DNA of 64,000 nt from a virus (lineage: Duplodnaviria > Caudoviricetes): positions 1 to 64,000 of the IMG/VR virus record IMGVR_UViG_3300028591_000188. One strand, given 5' to 3'. The notes below the pieces were generated by a model, which saw nothing but the letters and a program-made list of their open reading frames with translations, did no database searches and was not told the origin of the DNA. Positions 45,033 to 55,219 of this stretch are shown piece by piece (positions within the stretch are counted from its first letter, which is position 1; the number at the start of each line of letters is the position of its first letter). The translations under genes and the position numbers were made by a program.

Positions 45033-46438
45033 TAGTTATTGTCTTCAATGTTTGCAATTCCTTTATCAAGCTCTTCACTTTCTTTTCCAAGAAATCTAAA
45101 GCTCTTAAGTTTAACTGCATTAGGTGTCATATTATCTACTTTAATTACTATGCCTTCATGAGGTACTTTATTCTTGCAATCAGGAGAGTCAAGTTCCATA
45201 TAGAAGTTCTTGTCATCTGCTAATTTGTCTATGAATGCATCATTCCAATTATTAGAATCTTTAATTTCTGGATAAAGGTCTGATGCTTTTCCATAATACA
45301 GTTCAACAACAGGCTCTAAACCATTGTTTTTACACCAATATTGCACTTCTTTTGGAGATAATTCAAATACTTTACCATCAGCGTTAGTAATAGTAATTCT
45401 GTATACAATTATCCTAAAGTGTTTGTTTATGGTATATTTCTCTCCTTCTTCAGGCGGTAAACACCCATAATCATAATCTTTTTGTATATAACCTCCAGTA
45501 GGAAGGAATCCTACTATTTCATAATATAAGGTATAACCTTTTGGAATTAATGAAGAAAGAACTTTATTAGCTTCTCCCCATACATCACATTTGTAATATC
45601 CAAGGCCTACAGACTTATTATAATATTTATTCTTTACAACAGTTCTTGAAGCATAGACATTATCATACCTATAGTTATTGTCTACATCCACAATCTTATT
45701 TTCTTTATTAAACAAATTGTGAATTCTGCATACAATCTTATCTATCCAAGATTTAGGAAACTTACATATCACATTTGCAGAAATTGCAGATGTACCATGA
45801 AACTTACTACTAATATGAATAATATCATCCTTTTGGATTGCATAAGGATTCTTTCTTAGTTGGGCTGTATCATAATGGAATCTAAATTGTCCTTCAACAA
45901 GTTTATCATATTTCTTTACATTGGCTCTTTCTTTAGGTTCATTTGGACCGTGAGTTCTTTGCTCAATTATGATATACTTCTTGTTAATCCAAATCTCTTT
46001 ACCATTATGCTCTACAGCATCAAACTCTTTGTTTATACAAGACTCTTCATCATCTATTTTCTTATTTACAGAATCCATTAACCAGTTCTGAAGAACTTCA
46101 AAAGGCAATAAGAAACCTTCAGAAACCATTCCTTTAAGTTTTATTGCCTTTACTCTTCCATTGTCTTCAAAGAAACCTGTTTTCTCAGGATTTGAGTTTA
46201 GGTTACTGTGTCTATATAAATTTGCATAAGACAGTAGATTGGAATTAATCTGGCTGAGAGCAGGAAAATATATATAAACACCTTCCTTTTCACCAATACC
46301 TATAATCATATTGTAGCCATCTACCTTACATACCTTAAGCTTGGTTACTTCTGGATTAGGATGTGGAAAAAAGTCTTTTATTTCAACAACCTTCGCCAAA
46401 TAATTCACACTGGCATTCTTTGTTTGGATTAATTTCAT
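45032..46438 (-). CDS. ATP-dependent RNA ligase (N-terminal OB-like domain + nucleotidyltransferase)
   Basis: LAKVVEIKDFFPHPN N-terminus; motif I-like KFHGTS; YEIVG; HEGIVIK; KLKSFRFL. Confidence 0.8.
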   Translation of the reverse strand: MKLIQTKNASVNYLAKVVEIKDFFPHPNPEVTKLKVCKVDGYNMIIGIGEKEGVYIYFPALSQINSNLLSYANLYRHSNLNSNPEKTGFFEDNGRVKAIKLKGMVSEGFLLPFEVLQNWLMDSVNKKIDDEESCINKEFDAVEHNGKEIWINKKYIIIEQRTHGPNEPKERANVKKYDKLVEGQFRFHYDTAQLRKNPYAIQKDDIIHISSKFHGTSAISANVICKFPKSWIDKIVCRIHNLFNKENKIVDVDNNYRYDNVYASRTVVKNKYYNKSVGLGYYKCDVWGEANKVLSSLIPKGYTLYYEIVGFLPTGGYIQKDYDYGCLPPEEGEKYTINKHFRIIVYRITITNADGKVFELSPKEVQYWCKNNGLEPVVELYYGKASDLYPEIKDSNNWNDAFIDKLADDKNFYMELDSPDCKNKVPHEGIVIKVDNMTPNAVKLKSFRFLGKESEELDKGIANIEDNN

Positions 46439-46742
46439 TTTTATAAATGTTTATTTCTTTGACAAAATCTTCTACTGAATTACATATAATAACTTTCTCT
46501 CCTTGTTTAGCTACACTAATAATTTCTTCCTTTAATCTTTTTATAGGAAGTGGGTTAGATTCTGCATTATGACCTACTCCAGCTCCATGAATATCAGTTG
46601 ACATTCCATTAAAGTATAACCAAGGATTATCTTCAAATTCAGTACAAATACAAAGAGAGAAACCCAAATTCTTGAGTTTCTCCCTGATTTCTTCATTATT
46701 ATTGCTTAAATAAATAGTCTTTGTTGGTTTAAAATAACTCAT
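46383..46742 (-). CDS. Hypothetical protein
   Basis: Track ORF; 3' end overlaps the ligase start. Confidence 0.65.
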   Translation of the reverse strand: MSYFKPTKTIYLSNNNEEIREKLKNLGFSLCICTEFEDNPWLYFNGMSTDIHGAGVGHNAESNPLPIKRLKEEIISVAKQGEKVIICNSVEDFVKEINIYKNEINPNKECQCELFGEGC

Positions 46743-47035
46743 TGTTCTTTGAATTTAATTTTGAAACCTTCTCCTTTAATACATTCAATACTTTCTACAA
46801 CATATCCTTTAATGATTTCTGACCCCACTGAAATATAAGGGCCTCCTGAGGGGTCTACAGCTGTTATATTATCAGGATTGCCATCAAAAGTCACTCCTAC
46901 TGCCATTAAGGCATCTTCATCTCCTCTTAAATAATAGATATTGTTTTCTTTATGTTCTAAAAACACTTTACTTCTATATCTATTAAACAAAGGAATTTCA
47001 TTCTCCCATTGTTTCATCGTAGTCTTTTGTTTCAT
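46739..47035 (-). CDS. Hypothetical protein (AVDPSGGPYISVG family)
   Basis: Track ORF. Confidence 0.7.
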   Translation of the reverse strand: MKQKTTMKQWENEIPLFNRYRSKVFLEHKENNIYYLRGDEDALMAVGVTFDGNPDNITAVDPSGGPYISVGSEIIKGYVVESIECIKGEGFKIKFKEQ

Positions 47036-47579
47036 TAATCCAAGAAATTGTTTGTATAGAGATTTTAGAAATATTCAACAGACAAGTTTTTAGGTTTTCG
47101 TAATATTGATCATCAGCCATATCTGAATAGCAAGCATTCTTGAAATTCTCAAAACTCTTTGTCAGTTCTATTAAAGGATAATTCAATCCAAAGTCTCTTA
47201 GTAATAAATCAAAAGTATTTAAATCCTCTTTAGACAACTCTTCAACTTTAGATAAAACCTCTTTTATTTTGTTATCTTCTTCTTTGTTATCTATTGGTTC
47301 TTCTGCTTTTTTATCCTGTCTATATACTCCAAATCCTTTAATTACTGGAGAAGTAGAAGGGCTGAATTCAAAGTAATCCATGCATATTGATATATCAAGA
47401 GGATATGTTTCATCTTTATGTCCTACTTCACAAATGATAACTCTTCCATCATTAACATTAACTACTTCATATTCAGTATCTACCTTAAAAGGTAATAATT
47501 CATATTCTCTGACACATTTAAGTTTGTGTCCAACTCTAAGTTCACTAAAATCCATATTAATAAAATTTAATGTATCCAA
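46998..47579 (-). CDS. Hypothetical protein
   Basis: Track ORF. Confidence 0.7.
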   Translation of the reverse strand: MDTLNFINMDFSELRVGHKLKCVREYELLPFKVDTEYEVVNVNDGRVIICEVGHKDETYPLDISICMDYFEFSPSTSPVIKGFGVYRQDKKAEEPIDNKEEDNKIKEVLSKVEELSKEDLNTFDLLLRDFGLNYPLIELTKSFENFKNACYSDMADDQYYENLKTCLLNISKISIQTISWINETKDYDETMGE

Positions 47580-49606
47580 TGGTCTCCGACAGATGCTTCT
47601 GCTGGAATAGGCAATTTATGATAAAATTTAGCTGCTGCGTCTTGCATTATTTTTGACACTATATTTGGATAAGTATCTTTTAATTCTTTAGGAAATTCAG
47701 TATTGATTTCATCATGAGTAAAATTACAAAATAATATCTTATTAAAATAATTATTATCTATAACCCAATTAAAAAGATTTACTATAGCTGTTTTAAGAAC
47801 TATGGCTCCACCACCTTGTGTAGGACTGTTCAAAGCAGCTCTATCCCAAGTAGAAGCTGCTTCAAAATGCTTTTTAACTGTCATAGCAACATCATCACCA
47901 GTTCCTTTATGCTTTAGTTTATAGTCTTCCCAAAATTCAGGAGTAAATGAAGCTTGCCTTTTTTTCCATTCTTTCCAATCCCACCAATATTGTTTATGCC
48001 CAGTATCTTTCATTATAAGGACATATCCTTTATTTCTCACTTCCTTGCTTCCTCTTATTTTAAAAGAAGCTAAACCCGTCATTCCACTAAGCAAATTTGT
48101 AACTAATGTTCTTGCTTCTTCAACAGGTATACCTAATTGAGGGGCTACAGCAGTACCATCACTACCAAATTGAACAGCAAATTCAATACTCTTTACTTTA
48201 TTTCTTAAATCAGGTCTTTTACTCTTTACATCTTTAGTATCAATATCTTTCAGTTCTTCAGAAAACACAGCTTTGGCATAAGCAGCGTGAGAATCACCTG
48301 AGCCATATAAGAATTCGTCAAGTAATTTCTTTTCATTATATACTTCGGCACCTATTCTTGCTTCCATAGCACTGTAATCACAAGAGCAAAATAGGTTATC
48401 TTTTTCTGAAACAAAACATGCTCTAGTTTCTACATCATGTGGAAGCTGTTGCATATTAACCATCTTAACCTTACTTAACTTCTTATACTTTGCTAAATCA
48501 GCATCTTCACCTGAACCTGATGACATTCTTCCAGTTGAAGTACCTATTTGCCAATAGTTAGTATGAAGCCTTCCTGTAACAGGGTTAATTAGATTCAAAT
48601 GACCTTGACCAAAAGAAGTAGTGAGTTTATAATATCCTTGATAATCAAAGTATAGACTTAAGAATTTATCATCTATTCCTTTTTGGGTTTTAAGATTCTT
48701 TTCTTGCACAGAATCAGCTTCTTTGTTTGTGACTTTACTAACTGCAACTAAATTAAATCCAAGGGCTTTAAACACTTGCTTTGCTTCATCTTTTTGCCAA
48801 TCTATCCTAAACTTTGGTGTTGGGTCAAATTCAGCAAATAAGTCAAGTTGATTATCCACATATACCCACTTTTGTAGCTTAGGATTAGATATACAATAGT
48901 CATTCAAAGCTTTTAAAGACTTATCAAGATTCTCTTTGTCTTTTTGCATCTTGGCTTTCCATTTTGTTTCGTCCAACTTTATTCCACACCATTCCAGGTA
49001 AGCCATTGCAGGTACTACATCACACTCTAGTTTAGCTCCAACTAAACATTCTTTTTCTTTGCATTCTTTTATTTGAGATTGCATTATATCATAAAGAAGG
49101 ACTACATCATATGCTGCATAGTTGATTACACTCTCATCCAATCCTCTCCATATAATTTGACCTCTTATAGATTTATCTACATTTTTATTTAGTCTTCTTA
49201 AAGCTACTGCTTGGAGACTATAAGATATTTGTCCAGAAGGAAAGCCTAAATATAATAGCTGTTCTACAATCATAGTATCATATACCTTTCTTGGTATAAT
49301 ACCATAATTATATAAAAACTGCAAATCAAACTTAAGATTATGTCCTATTATATATTTATTCTCTAACAACTCTTTATACTTTAAAGGAGAGACAGTGGTA
49401 GTATCAACTACCACTTGGTCTCTACCTTCAGTATCTCCAAATTGAGTGCAAAGCAAATTGCAAAGATGAGGATTCTTTCCATCAGTTTCAGAATCATATT
49501 GGACCATAGGCCATTTACTTATTTTATCAATAGACTCTTCCACTGAGATATTTTTTATCCCATCTAATTCAAAAAGACTCTGTTGTCCAGATACCAAATA
49601 AATCAT
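47567..49606 (-). CDS. polA: Family A DNA polymerase with 3'-5' exonuclease
   Basis: Exonuclease YDSET, GHNLKFD and YAAYDV; TSTGRMSS; motif A CDYSAME; motif B RNKVKSIEFAVQFG; NSPTQG; motif C HDEI. Confidence 0.95.
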   Translation of the reverse strand: MIYLVSGQQSLFELDGIKNISVEESIDKISKWPMVQYDSETDGKNPHLCNLLCTQFGDTEGRDQVVVDTTTVSPLKYKELLENKYIIGHNLKFDLQFLYNYGIIPRKVYDTMIVEQLLYLGFPSGQISYSLQAVALRRLNKNVDKSIRGQIIWRGLDESVINYAAYDVVLLYDIMQSQIKECKEKECLVGAKLECDVVPAMAYLEWCGIKLDETKWKAKMQKDKENLDKSLKALNDYCISNPKLQKWVYVDNQLDLFAEFDPTPKFRIDWQKDEAKQVFKALGFNLVAVSKVTNKEADSVQEKNLKTQKGIDDKFLSLYFDYQGYYKLTTSFGQGHLNLINPVTGRLHTNYWQIGTSTGRMSSGSGEDADLAKYKKLSKVKMVNMQQLPHDVETRACFVSEKDNLFCSCDYSAMEARIGAEVYNEKKLLDEFLYGSGDSHAAYAKAVFSEELKDIDTKDVKSKRPDLRNKVKSIEFAVQFGSDGTAVAPQLGIPVEEARTLVTNLLSGMTGLASFKIRGSKEVRNKGYVLIMKDTGHKQYWWDWKEWKKRQASFTPEFWEDYKLKHKGTGDDVAMTVKKHFEAASTWDRAALNSPTQGGGAIVLKTAIVNLFNWVIDNNYFNKILFCNFTHDEINTEFPKELKDTYPNIVSKIMQDAAAKFYHKLPIPAEASVGDHWIH

Positions 49607-50118
49607 TTATTCTTATGTTTTGGTTTAAATACCATCATTTTATCGTAATCAATAACATACTTACTTGCTAGAAGAAAGTTATTTCCAAGCAATCCATGTA
49701 TTTCAATACCACTCTCTTCCTCTACCTGAGAAAAAGCATGTTTGAAGTTAGCCAAAGGAAGTTCTATTTCAGTTACAGTTGTAGGAGTTTCAAGCTTTAT
49801 TTCACAATACTCTGTTATTTCTTGGTTTCCTCCTAAACCAGTGACAACTTCACTACATCTTTTGAATTTACATCCCAACTCAATAGCTGTTTGTGTATCT
49901 ATATAAGAAATAGTACTTCCTGTATCCAATAAAAAATTAAGTTCTTTTCCATTACAAGTGAAAGGCACATATATAAGTCCAGTTTTACTAATTTTTGTCT
50001 TAAATTCAGTTATATCGTGATAATTGTTTGTTTCTTTAAATCTTAGCTTTCTATAATAAAATATTGTAGCTAATTCACAAGTAATTAATAGAAGACATGC
50101 TATTAATAAAACTATCAT
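49603..50118 (-). CDS. Retropepsin-like aspartyl protease with N-terminal membrane anchor
   Basis: FLLDTGST and GLLGNNFL; hydrophobic N-terminus. Confidence 0.85.
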   Translation of the reverse strand: MIVLLIACLLLITCELATIFYYRKLRFKETNNYHDITEFKTKISKTGLIYVPFTCNGKELNFLLDTGSTISYIDTQTAIELGCKFKRCSEVVTGLGGNQEITEYCEIKLETPTTVTEIELPLANFKHAFSQVEEESGIEIHGLLGNNFLLASKYVIDYDKMMVFKPKHKNK

Positions 50119-50567
50119 TTAACCCCTGTGTGTCCAAATCCCCCATCACCTCTATCAGTTGACTGTAATTCACCTACTTCTTCAAACTCAGCTTTCTCCA
50201 CCTTTGCAAACACCATTTGTGCAATTCTATCTCCATGATGCACAGTATAAGGCATATTAGAGGTGTTCAATAAACAAACTTTTACTTCTCCACGATAGTC
50301 TGCATCTATTGTACCTGGAGTATTAAGAACAGTTATTCCATGTTTAGCTGCTAGCCCACTTCTTGGTCTTACTTGTCCTTCATATCCTACTGGAATTTCC
50401 ATACATATTCCTGTAGGAAATAGCCAAGATTCACCAGGATTTAAAGTATAGTGGGGATAACTATCCAAATAAGCACATAAATCTACTCCAGAACTTCCTT
50501 CTGTAGCATATTGAGGCACTTTACTGTCCTCATATAATTTCTTTATTTTAACTTTGATATCTTTCAT
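50115..50567 (-). CDS. dut: Trimeric dUTPase
   Basis: SSGVDL, PRSGLA, GTIDADYRGE, RIAQ and RGDGGFGHTG. Confidence 0.97.
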   Translation of the reverse strand: MKDIKVKIKKLYEDSKVPQYATEGSSGVDLCAYLDSYPHYTLNPGESWLFPTGICMEIPVGYEGQVRPRSGLAAKHGITVLNTPGTIDADYRGEVKVCLLNTSNMPYTVHHGDRIAQMVFAKVEKAEFEEVGELQSTDRGDGGFGHTGVK

Positions 50568-50922
50568 AAAAATCTTCTAATCCTTTCTTATTTAAAATGT
50601 ATAATTCAGCTTTGATTGTTTCCGTATTATCTGATATATCATACCAACTTGTAATATTAACATTTTGTATAAAAGCTTTTTCTTCAACAAATTTATGTAA
50701 AATTTGTCTATAGGCATAACCCCTTATTTTTTCAGCATATTCACTCCTGTATTCGTTTTCTGGAATTTTTATCACACAAGATAACCTTATAAAATTTTCT
50801 AAAGTAAGATATTTTGGAATAATATATACTGTATCAGGCATTGGAAGTAAAGGGCTATAACCAAATTTACAAGCTAACTTAAACAACCATTTGCTAAATT
50901 TATTGTTTGTTTTTAATTTCAT
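50548..50922 (-). CDS. Hypothetical protein
   Basis: Track ORF. Confidence 0.65.
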   Translation of the reverse strand: MKLKTNNKFSKWLFKLACKFGYSPLLPMPDTVYIIPKYLTLENFIRLSCVIKIPENEYRSEYAEKIRGYAYRQILHKFVEEKAFIQNVNITSWYDISDNTETIKAELYILNKKGLEDFYERYQS

Positions 50923-51409
50923 TTTCTAGCATTTCTATTTTATCATTAATATAGAATATTGCTTTTTTCAAATCTTCTATTGTTTTTTCATTATCAGTCA
51001 TTGAACTATCTTTCTTATGTCCTGCTCTTAAGATATATTTCAATGCATTCCCCAAATCAAAGTCAAGATGTTTGCAAATGTCAATTGGTTCTACACCACA
51101 TAAATCTTTTAACCAAGTATAATGTGAAGGATGGTTTACATTATCACTAATATTAGAGGAAGCACAAGCAGAAGTACCAGCATTTGAAAAATAAGTTATT
51201 TCATTTGGAACATCTTTATCTGTAAAATACTTTTGGACATCTTCTTCATTAAAATAGTGTATTAATCCTGCATCATCAACTATTCCATAAATATGTCCTT
51301 CAGCATGTTCAAAATCTTTACTTATTATCCTATATAGATTTCCTTCGGTAAAACTTATTTTATTTAACCCTTTTGCAATACATCGTATTATAGACATTTC
51401 ATCAAACAT
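50900..51409 (-). CDS. DUF3310-domain protein
   Basis: VNHPSHY..EPIDI..FDLGNALKYILRAGHK..EDLKKAIFYI. Confidence 0.85.
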   Translation of the reverse strand: MFDEMSIIRCIAKGLNKISFTEGNLYRIISKDFEHAEGHIYGIVDDAGLIHYFNEEDVQKYFTDKDVPNEITYFSNAGTSACASSNISDNVNHPSHYTWLKDLCGVEPIDICKHLDFDLGNALKYILRAGHKKDSSMTDNEKTIEDLKKAIFYINDKIEMLENEIKNKQ

Positions 51410-51896
51410 TATTTTCTCCTTTCCAAAATTTATAAGTTATATCTTCAAATTTAACTGGCTTATCAGAAACCTTCTTATACATCCTTTGATTTGTTGTCTT
51501 CTCATTTAATGGCCCTAAAGATTCAATATAAGGACCAGTTTTAACATAATCAAACTCTTGAAATAATGGTTCATATATCAGGTGATTAGATAAGTTGTAA
51601 TCAAGTCCTGTATACCAAGCTGTTTTAAGATTATGTTTTAAATGTATCAGACTTGAAAGATAAGCAATATCAAATAACCTACCTCCTTCACCCATAAAGC
51701 ATACACAAGTAATACCTTTATTATCCTCAATAAGTTTATCAAGAACTTCTGGAGTTAACCTTTCTCCCACATCTTCCTGCAAATATGGAGAATGGCAATT
51801 GCTACACCTATGAGGGCAATTAGATATATTTATACATAGACTTATCTCATCAGGCACTTCACTGAAAGCTACTAATGTTTCTGTATATTTAATCAT
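51402..51896 (-). CDS. nrdG: Anaerobic RNR activase (radical SAM)
   Basis: CPHRCSNCHS (CxxxCxxC), CVCFMGEG and TTNQR. Confidence 0.92.
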   Translation of the reverse strand: MIKYTETLVAFSEVPDEISLCINISNCPHRCSNCHSPYLQEDVGERLTPEVLDKLIEDNKGITCVCFMGEGGRLFDIAYLSSLIHLKHNLKTAWYTGLDYNLSNHLIYEPLFQEFDYVKTGPYIESLGPLNEKTTNQRMYKKVSDKPVKFEDITYKFWKGENNV

Positions 51897-51905
51897 GTAT
51901 AATAA

Positions 51906-51931
51906 AAGCAGGAGTATTTCTACCCCTGCTT
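51906..51931 (-). terminator. Intrinsic terminator between nrdD and nrdG
   Basis: Minus strand AAGCAGGGGTA-GAAA-TACTCCTGCTT followed by TTATT. Confidence 0.7.
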
Positions 51932-51955
51932 GTTTGTTCCTTTTCTATATTTGAA

Positions 51956-54193
51956 TTAGAGTTTAATATCTTCTTCTTTGGTGTAGACTCTAGTCTTTTG
52001 TTCTATCTGTCTACCTTTTGACCAATTGTCTACAGCAGTAAGATATCCAATTATTCGTGTCCAATATCTTATGTTATTAGAACCACATATAGGACACTTA
52101 TCTATTGGCGAATTCACTGTATGGCCACAATCCTTACATTCACTCATTGGGATATTGAAAGTAAAATAATTTGTACCATTTGCTAATGCAAAATCCAGTA
52201 TCTTAAGATACTGCTCTTTAGTCAAATGAGCATCCAAATTTACATGACAAGCTTGTCCTCCATCACTAAATTTGTTTATATCTTTCCCATGAAGAGCTAA
52301 CTTATCTAATACTGATGTGTTATCCCAAGGATTATAAAAATAACAATTGTATAGATTTTGGTCTTCTGGAACATAATAACCATCCTTCTTATCTTTATCA
52401 TAGAAACGAATGGCTGTTTGTTCCCCTGGAATACATTCACTATTGAATAAGAAGGGTCTTTTCTTATCTTTAATTGAATGTATTTTATTTTGTTCTTTGA
52501 TAGTACCTAAAACAAGAGACAGAAACTTTTTATATTCTTCATTGTTAGAAGTTTCAATCCCTAAAAACTTTGCTGCTTCAAAATATCCAATTACTCCTAT
52601 GGTACTATATAGTTTTTTCATATAGATATATCCTGCATTTGAAGCAGTAAACATTCCTTTATCTTCATAATCATAAAGCATCGTTTTAAATGCAATATGA
52701 TATTTATAGACTCGTTCAAGAATTTCAATTAAATCATTTTTCAAATAATCTAAAAACCTTCCATAAGTAGATATATATTGTGGTTGGTTATATTCTGACA
52801 TACAATAATTATGCTTTCTAGCACAATCTTGAACAATTCTATTAATATTAAGAGTAATAACATTACAACTACCAGTCATAATACCAGTCATTCCTGTAGT
52901 TGAACTGAAAGTATTATCACTTATTTCATTCAAGACTCTACAACAACTAGCCAAAGATGAAGGATTATCACTATTATAGCAGAAGAAACTTCCTCCTTTA
53001 GCCCATTCTTCAGCACACAAATCTTTATATTCCTTGTCAAGGAATTCTTTATTGTTGTGTACTAAAGCAGTTGTTGACACAGGAAAAGTTAATGGTTTTA
53101 TAAGTCTTAGTTCCCTATGTAATTCCATAAACATTCTTTGAAGAGTATCAATGGCTTTCCATTCAGGTTGAGTACCATCAGGATAATAAAAGTCTCCAAA
53201 TAAGGCATTGAAGTAGACAGAATCATAATAACTTACATTTGTAAATGGTGAATTATAACTCCTATTACCAGCTGGCTGATTTACTCCATATATAAACTGC
53301 TTCATTCCTTTACGAATGAAATATTTTATGTTATGGTCTTTCTTTAAGTTTTTGGTTACTATTTCATCCAATCTTTCATACCATTTTTCACCAAATTCAG
53401 AAACCACATAATAATTAAGGGCAACAAAGTAATCTCCAAGAGCTACAGCACCTTTACATTGGGAACTTAATAAAAATACAGCATTGGTAACTTGCCCACT
53501 AAAAGATTCAATATCATTAGGAGCAGAAGGAGTAACTTTATCAAGATTGCCTACACCTTCAGTCATTAATGGATATAATGTAACTGCCTCACAATAATAC
53601 TTAAGTACTGGAGAAGAAGCTTCATCATGCACATAAATAATTCCATCTTTTAAATCTTGAGCATATTGAGAAGCTACTTCAGGAAACATCTTATTAAGTT
53701 GTTCCTTCATTCTATACCTTTGAATGGCCCTATTTGTTTGTTTATAGACTTCTCCTTCAAGATTGGCAACATTCTTTGTAGTTACATTGGAATTTGCGTC
53801 TGTTTCACTTGCAGAAGCTGCATTGGTGTCAGAATTACTATATTCATTCATATAGTCAATTCTTTCTTTTAAGAATCTGACATTTTTATGCTCTGACCTA
53901 TATAAGATATAGGCTTTTGCAGTCTTCTTAAGATTGAAATCCATTAATACATCTTCAACACAATCTTGAATAAACTCAATTCCAACAGTATCTATATCAG
54001 TTGTAGGTTGCAACTTGTTTGCTCTCTCTTCAATTTCACATTGAATTTCCTTAACAAGGTCGTCAATGTCGAAGCATTGTGTTTTCCATTTAGGTTCGTT
54101 AACTTCGTTAAGGGCTTTTAAAAGTGCTGTTTTAATCTTCTCAACTTGATACTCTTGAATAGTACCATCTCTTTTCTTTACTTTCTTAATCAT
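51956..54193 (-). CDS. nrdD: Class III anaerobic ribonucleotide reductase with ATP cone
   Basis: VKKRDG ATP cone; SCCR; C-terminal CKDCG..CPICG and glycyl-radical motif TRIIGYL. Confidence 0.95.
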   Translation of the reverse strand: MIKKVKKRDGTIQEYQVEKIKTALLKALNEVNEPKWKTQCFDIDDLVKEIQCEIEERANKLQPTTDIDTVGIEFIQDCVEDVLMDFNLKKTAKAYILYRSEHKNVRFLKERIDYMNEYSNSDTNAASASETDANSNVTTKNVANLEGEVYKQTNRAIQRYRMKEQLNKMFPEVASQYAQDLKDGIIYVHDEASSPVLKYYCEAVTLYPLMTEGVGNLDKVTPSAPNDIESFSGQVTNAVFLLSSQCKGAVALGDYFVALNYYVVSEFGEKWYERLDEIVTKNLKKDHNIKYFIRKGMKQFIYGVNQPAGNRSYNSPFTNVSYYDSVYFNALFGDFYYPDGTQPEWKAIDTLQRMFMELHRELRLIKPLTFPVSTTALVHNNKEFLDKEYKDLCAEEWAKGGSFFCYNSDNPSSLASCCRVLNEISDNTFSSTTGMTGIMTGSCNVITLNINRIVQDCARKHNYCMSEYNQPQYISTYGRFLDYLKNDLIEILERVYKYHIAFKTMLYDYEDKGMFTASNAGYIYMKKLYSTIGVIGYFEAAKFLGIETSNNEEYKKFLSLVLGTIKEQNKIHSIKDKKRPFLFNSECIPGEQTAIRFYDKDKKDGYYVPEDQNLYNCYFYNPWDNTSVLDKLALHGKDINKFSDGGQACHVNLDAHLTKEQYLKILDFALANGTNYFTFNIPMSECKDCGHTVNSPIDKCPICGSNNIRYWTRIIGYLTAVDNWSKGRQIEQKTRVYTKEEDIKL

Positions 54194-54196
54194 ATG

Positions 54197-55219
54197 TTAT
54201 TTATTTAACCATTCTATAATATCATTAGGCTCATCTACTTTTATTCCTACAGGCACTCTTGGCTTTTCATTAAGATAATACCAAAGTTCAGTTGCAAGTT
54301 TTCTCCAATTTGGTAATTTATATTCTCCATATTCACAATCTGTAATAGATTTGGTTCCCTTAAATTCCCAAACGAGAGGAGTTCTTGTACTATTACAAAT
54401 CACTATAAACTGATAATCTGCAATCTTGAAATCCTTAAAATAATCATCTTTTTCAATATTTTGCTTGATTAGTTCATAATAGAGCTGAGCCTGCACAGCA
54501 TAATTCCAAGCAATAAAACTCTTATAAAACTGATGTTCAGGATGTCCTGATGTTTTAAGGTCATAAGGATATATTACCTTATTCTCATAATCTACAATTA
54601 TCAAATCAGCCATACATCTTAAAGGAATGTCCTCATATTCTCCTTTAAACTTCAATTGATAATAATGTTTGAGAGTGTCAGTATCTTCTCCAAATAATGA
54701 TTCGGTATTAGGAGAAGTCTTTAAGATTCTTACACAATCAAAGGCATCATTATACTGCAACTGAGTAACAGGAGTCTTTCCATCTATTCTCTTTAATTCA
54801 TCATAATAAGGAGAACACTCTTTTATCTTCTTAACTCTTACATTATAATATTTTGCATCAGTATAATATCCACAGTTTACTGCCACATCTGAAAGTATCT
54901 GGTCAGGAATGTCTTCTAAGGTATTATAATATCCTTTATATGTGTCATATAAAGTCTTTGTAATTTGCCTTAATGTATCACTTAATCCAAAATCTTGAAC
55001 TAATACAAATCTTTCATTGAATTCTTCAACACTTCCAGTAAGTAAAGTATCTACCATACTTCCAAAAATCAAAGAAGGAGTTTCTATCTTTTCAAATAGT
55101 TTGCTTAATCCATCAAATCCTTCCCTTTCAAACCTGGATAATGTAGAATAAGATAGAGCAGAATCTGCCCTATATTCTTCTTCTGTAATATTTAATGCTA
55201 TATCTTTTAATTCCTTCAT
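54197..55219 (-). CDS. PD-(D/E)XK exonuclease (RecE/ExoVIII-like, DUF3799-like)
   Basis: LSYSTL, FGSMVD, RCMADL..YDLKT and YAVQAQLY. Confidence 0.75.
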   Translation of the reverse strand: MKELKDIALNITEEEYRADSALSYSTLSRFEREGFDGLSKLFEKIETPSLIFGSMVDTLLTGSVEEFNERFVLVQDFGLSDTLRQITKTLYDTYKGYYNTLEDIPDQILSDVAVNCGYYTDAKYYNVRVKKIKECSPYYDELKRIDGKTPVTQLQYNDAFDCVRILKTSPNTESLFGEDTDTLKHYYQLKFKGEYEDIPLRCMADLIIVDYENKVIYPYDLKTSGHPEHQFYKSFIAWNYAVQAQLYYELIKQNIEKDDYFKDFKIADYQFIVICNSTRTPLVWEFKGTKSITDCEYGEYKLPNWRKLATELWYYLNEKPRVPVGIKVDEPNDIIEWLNK

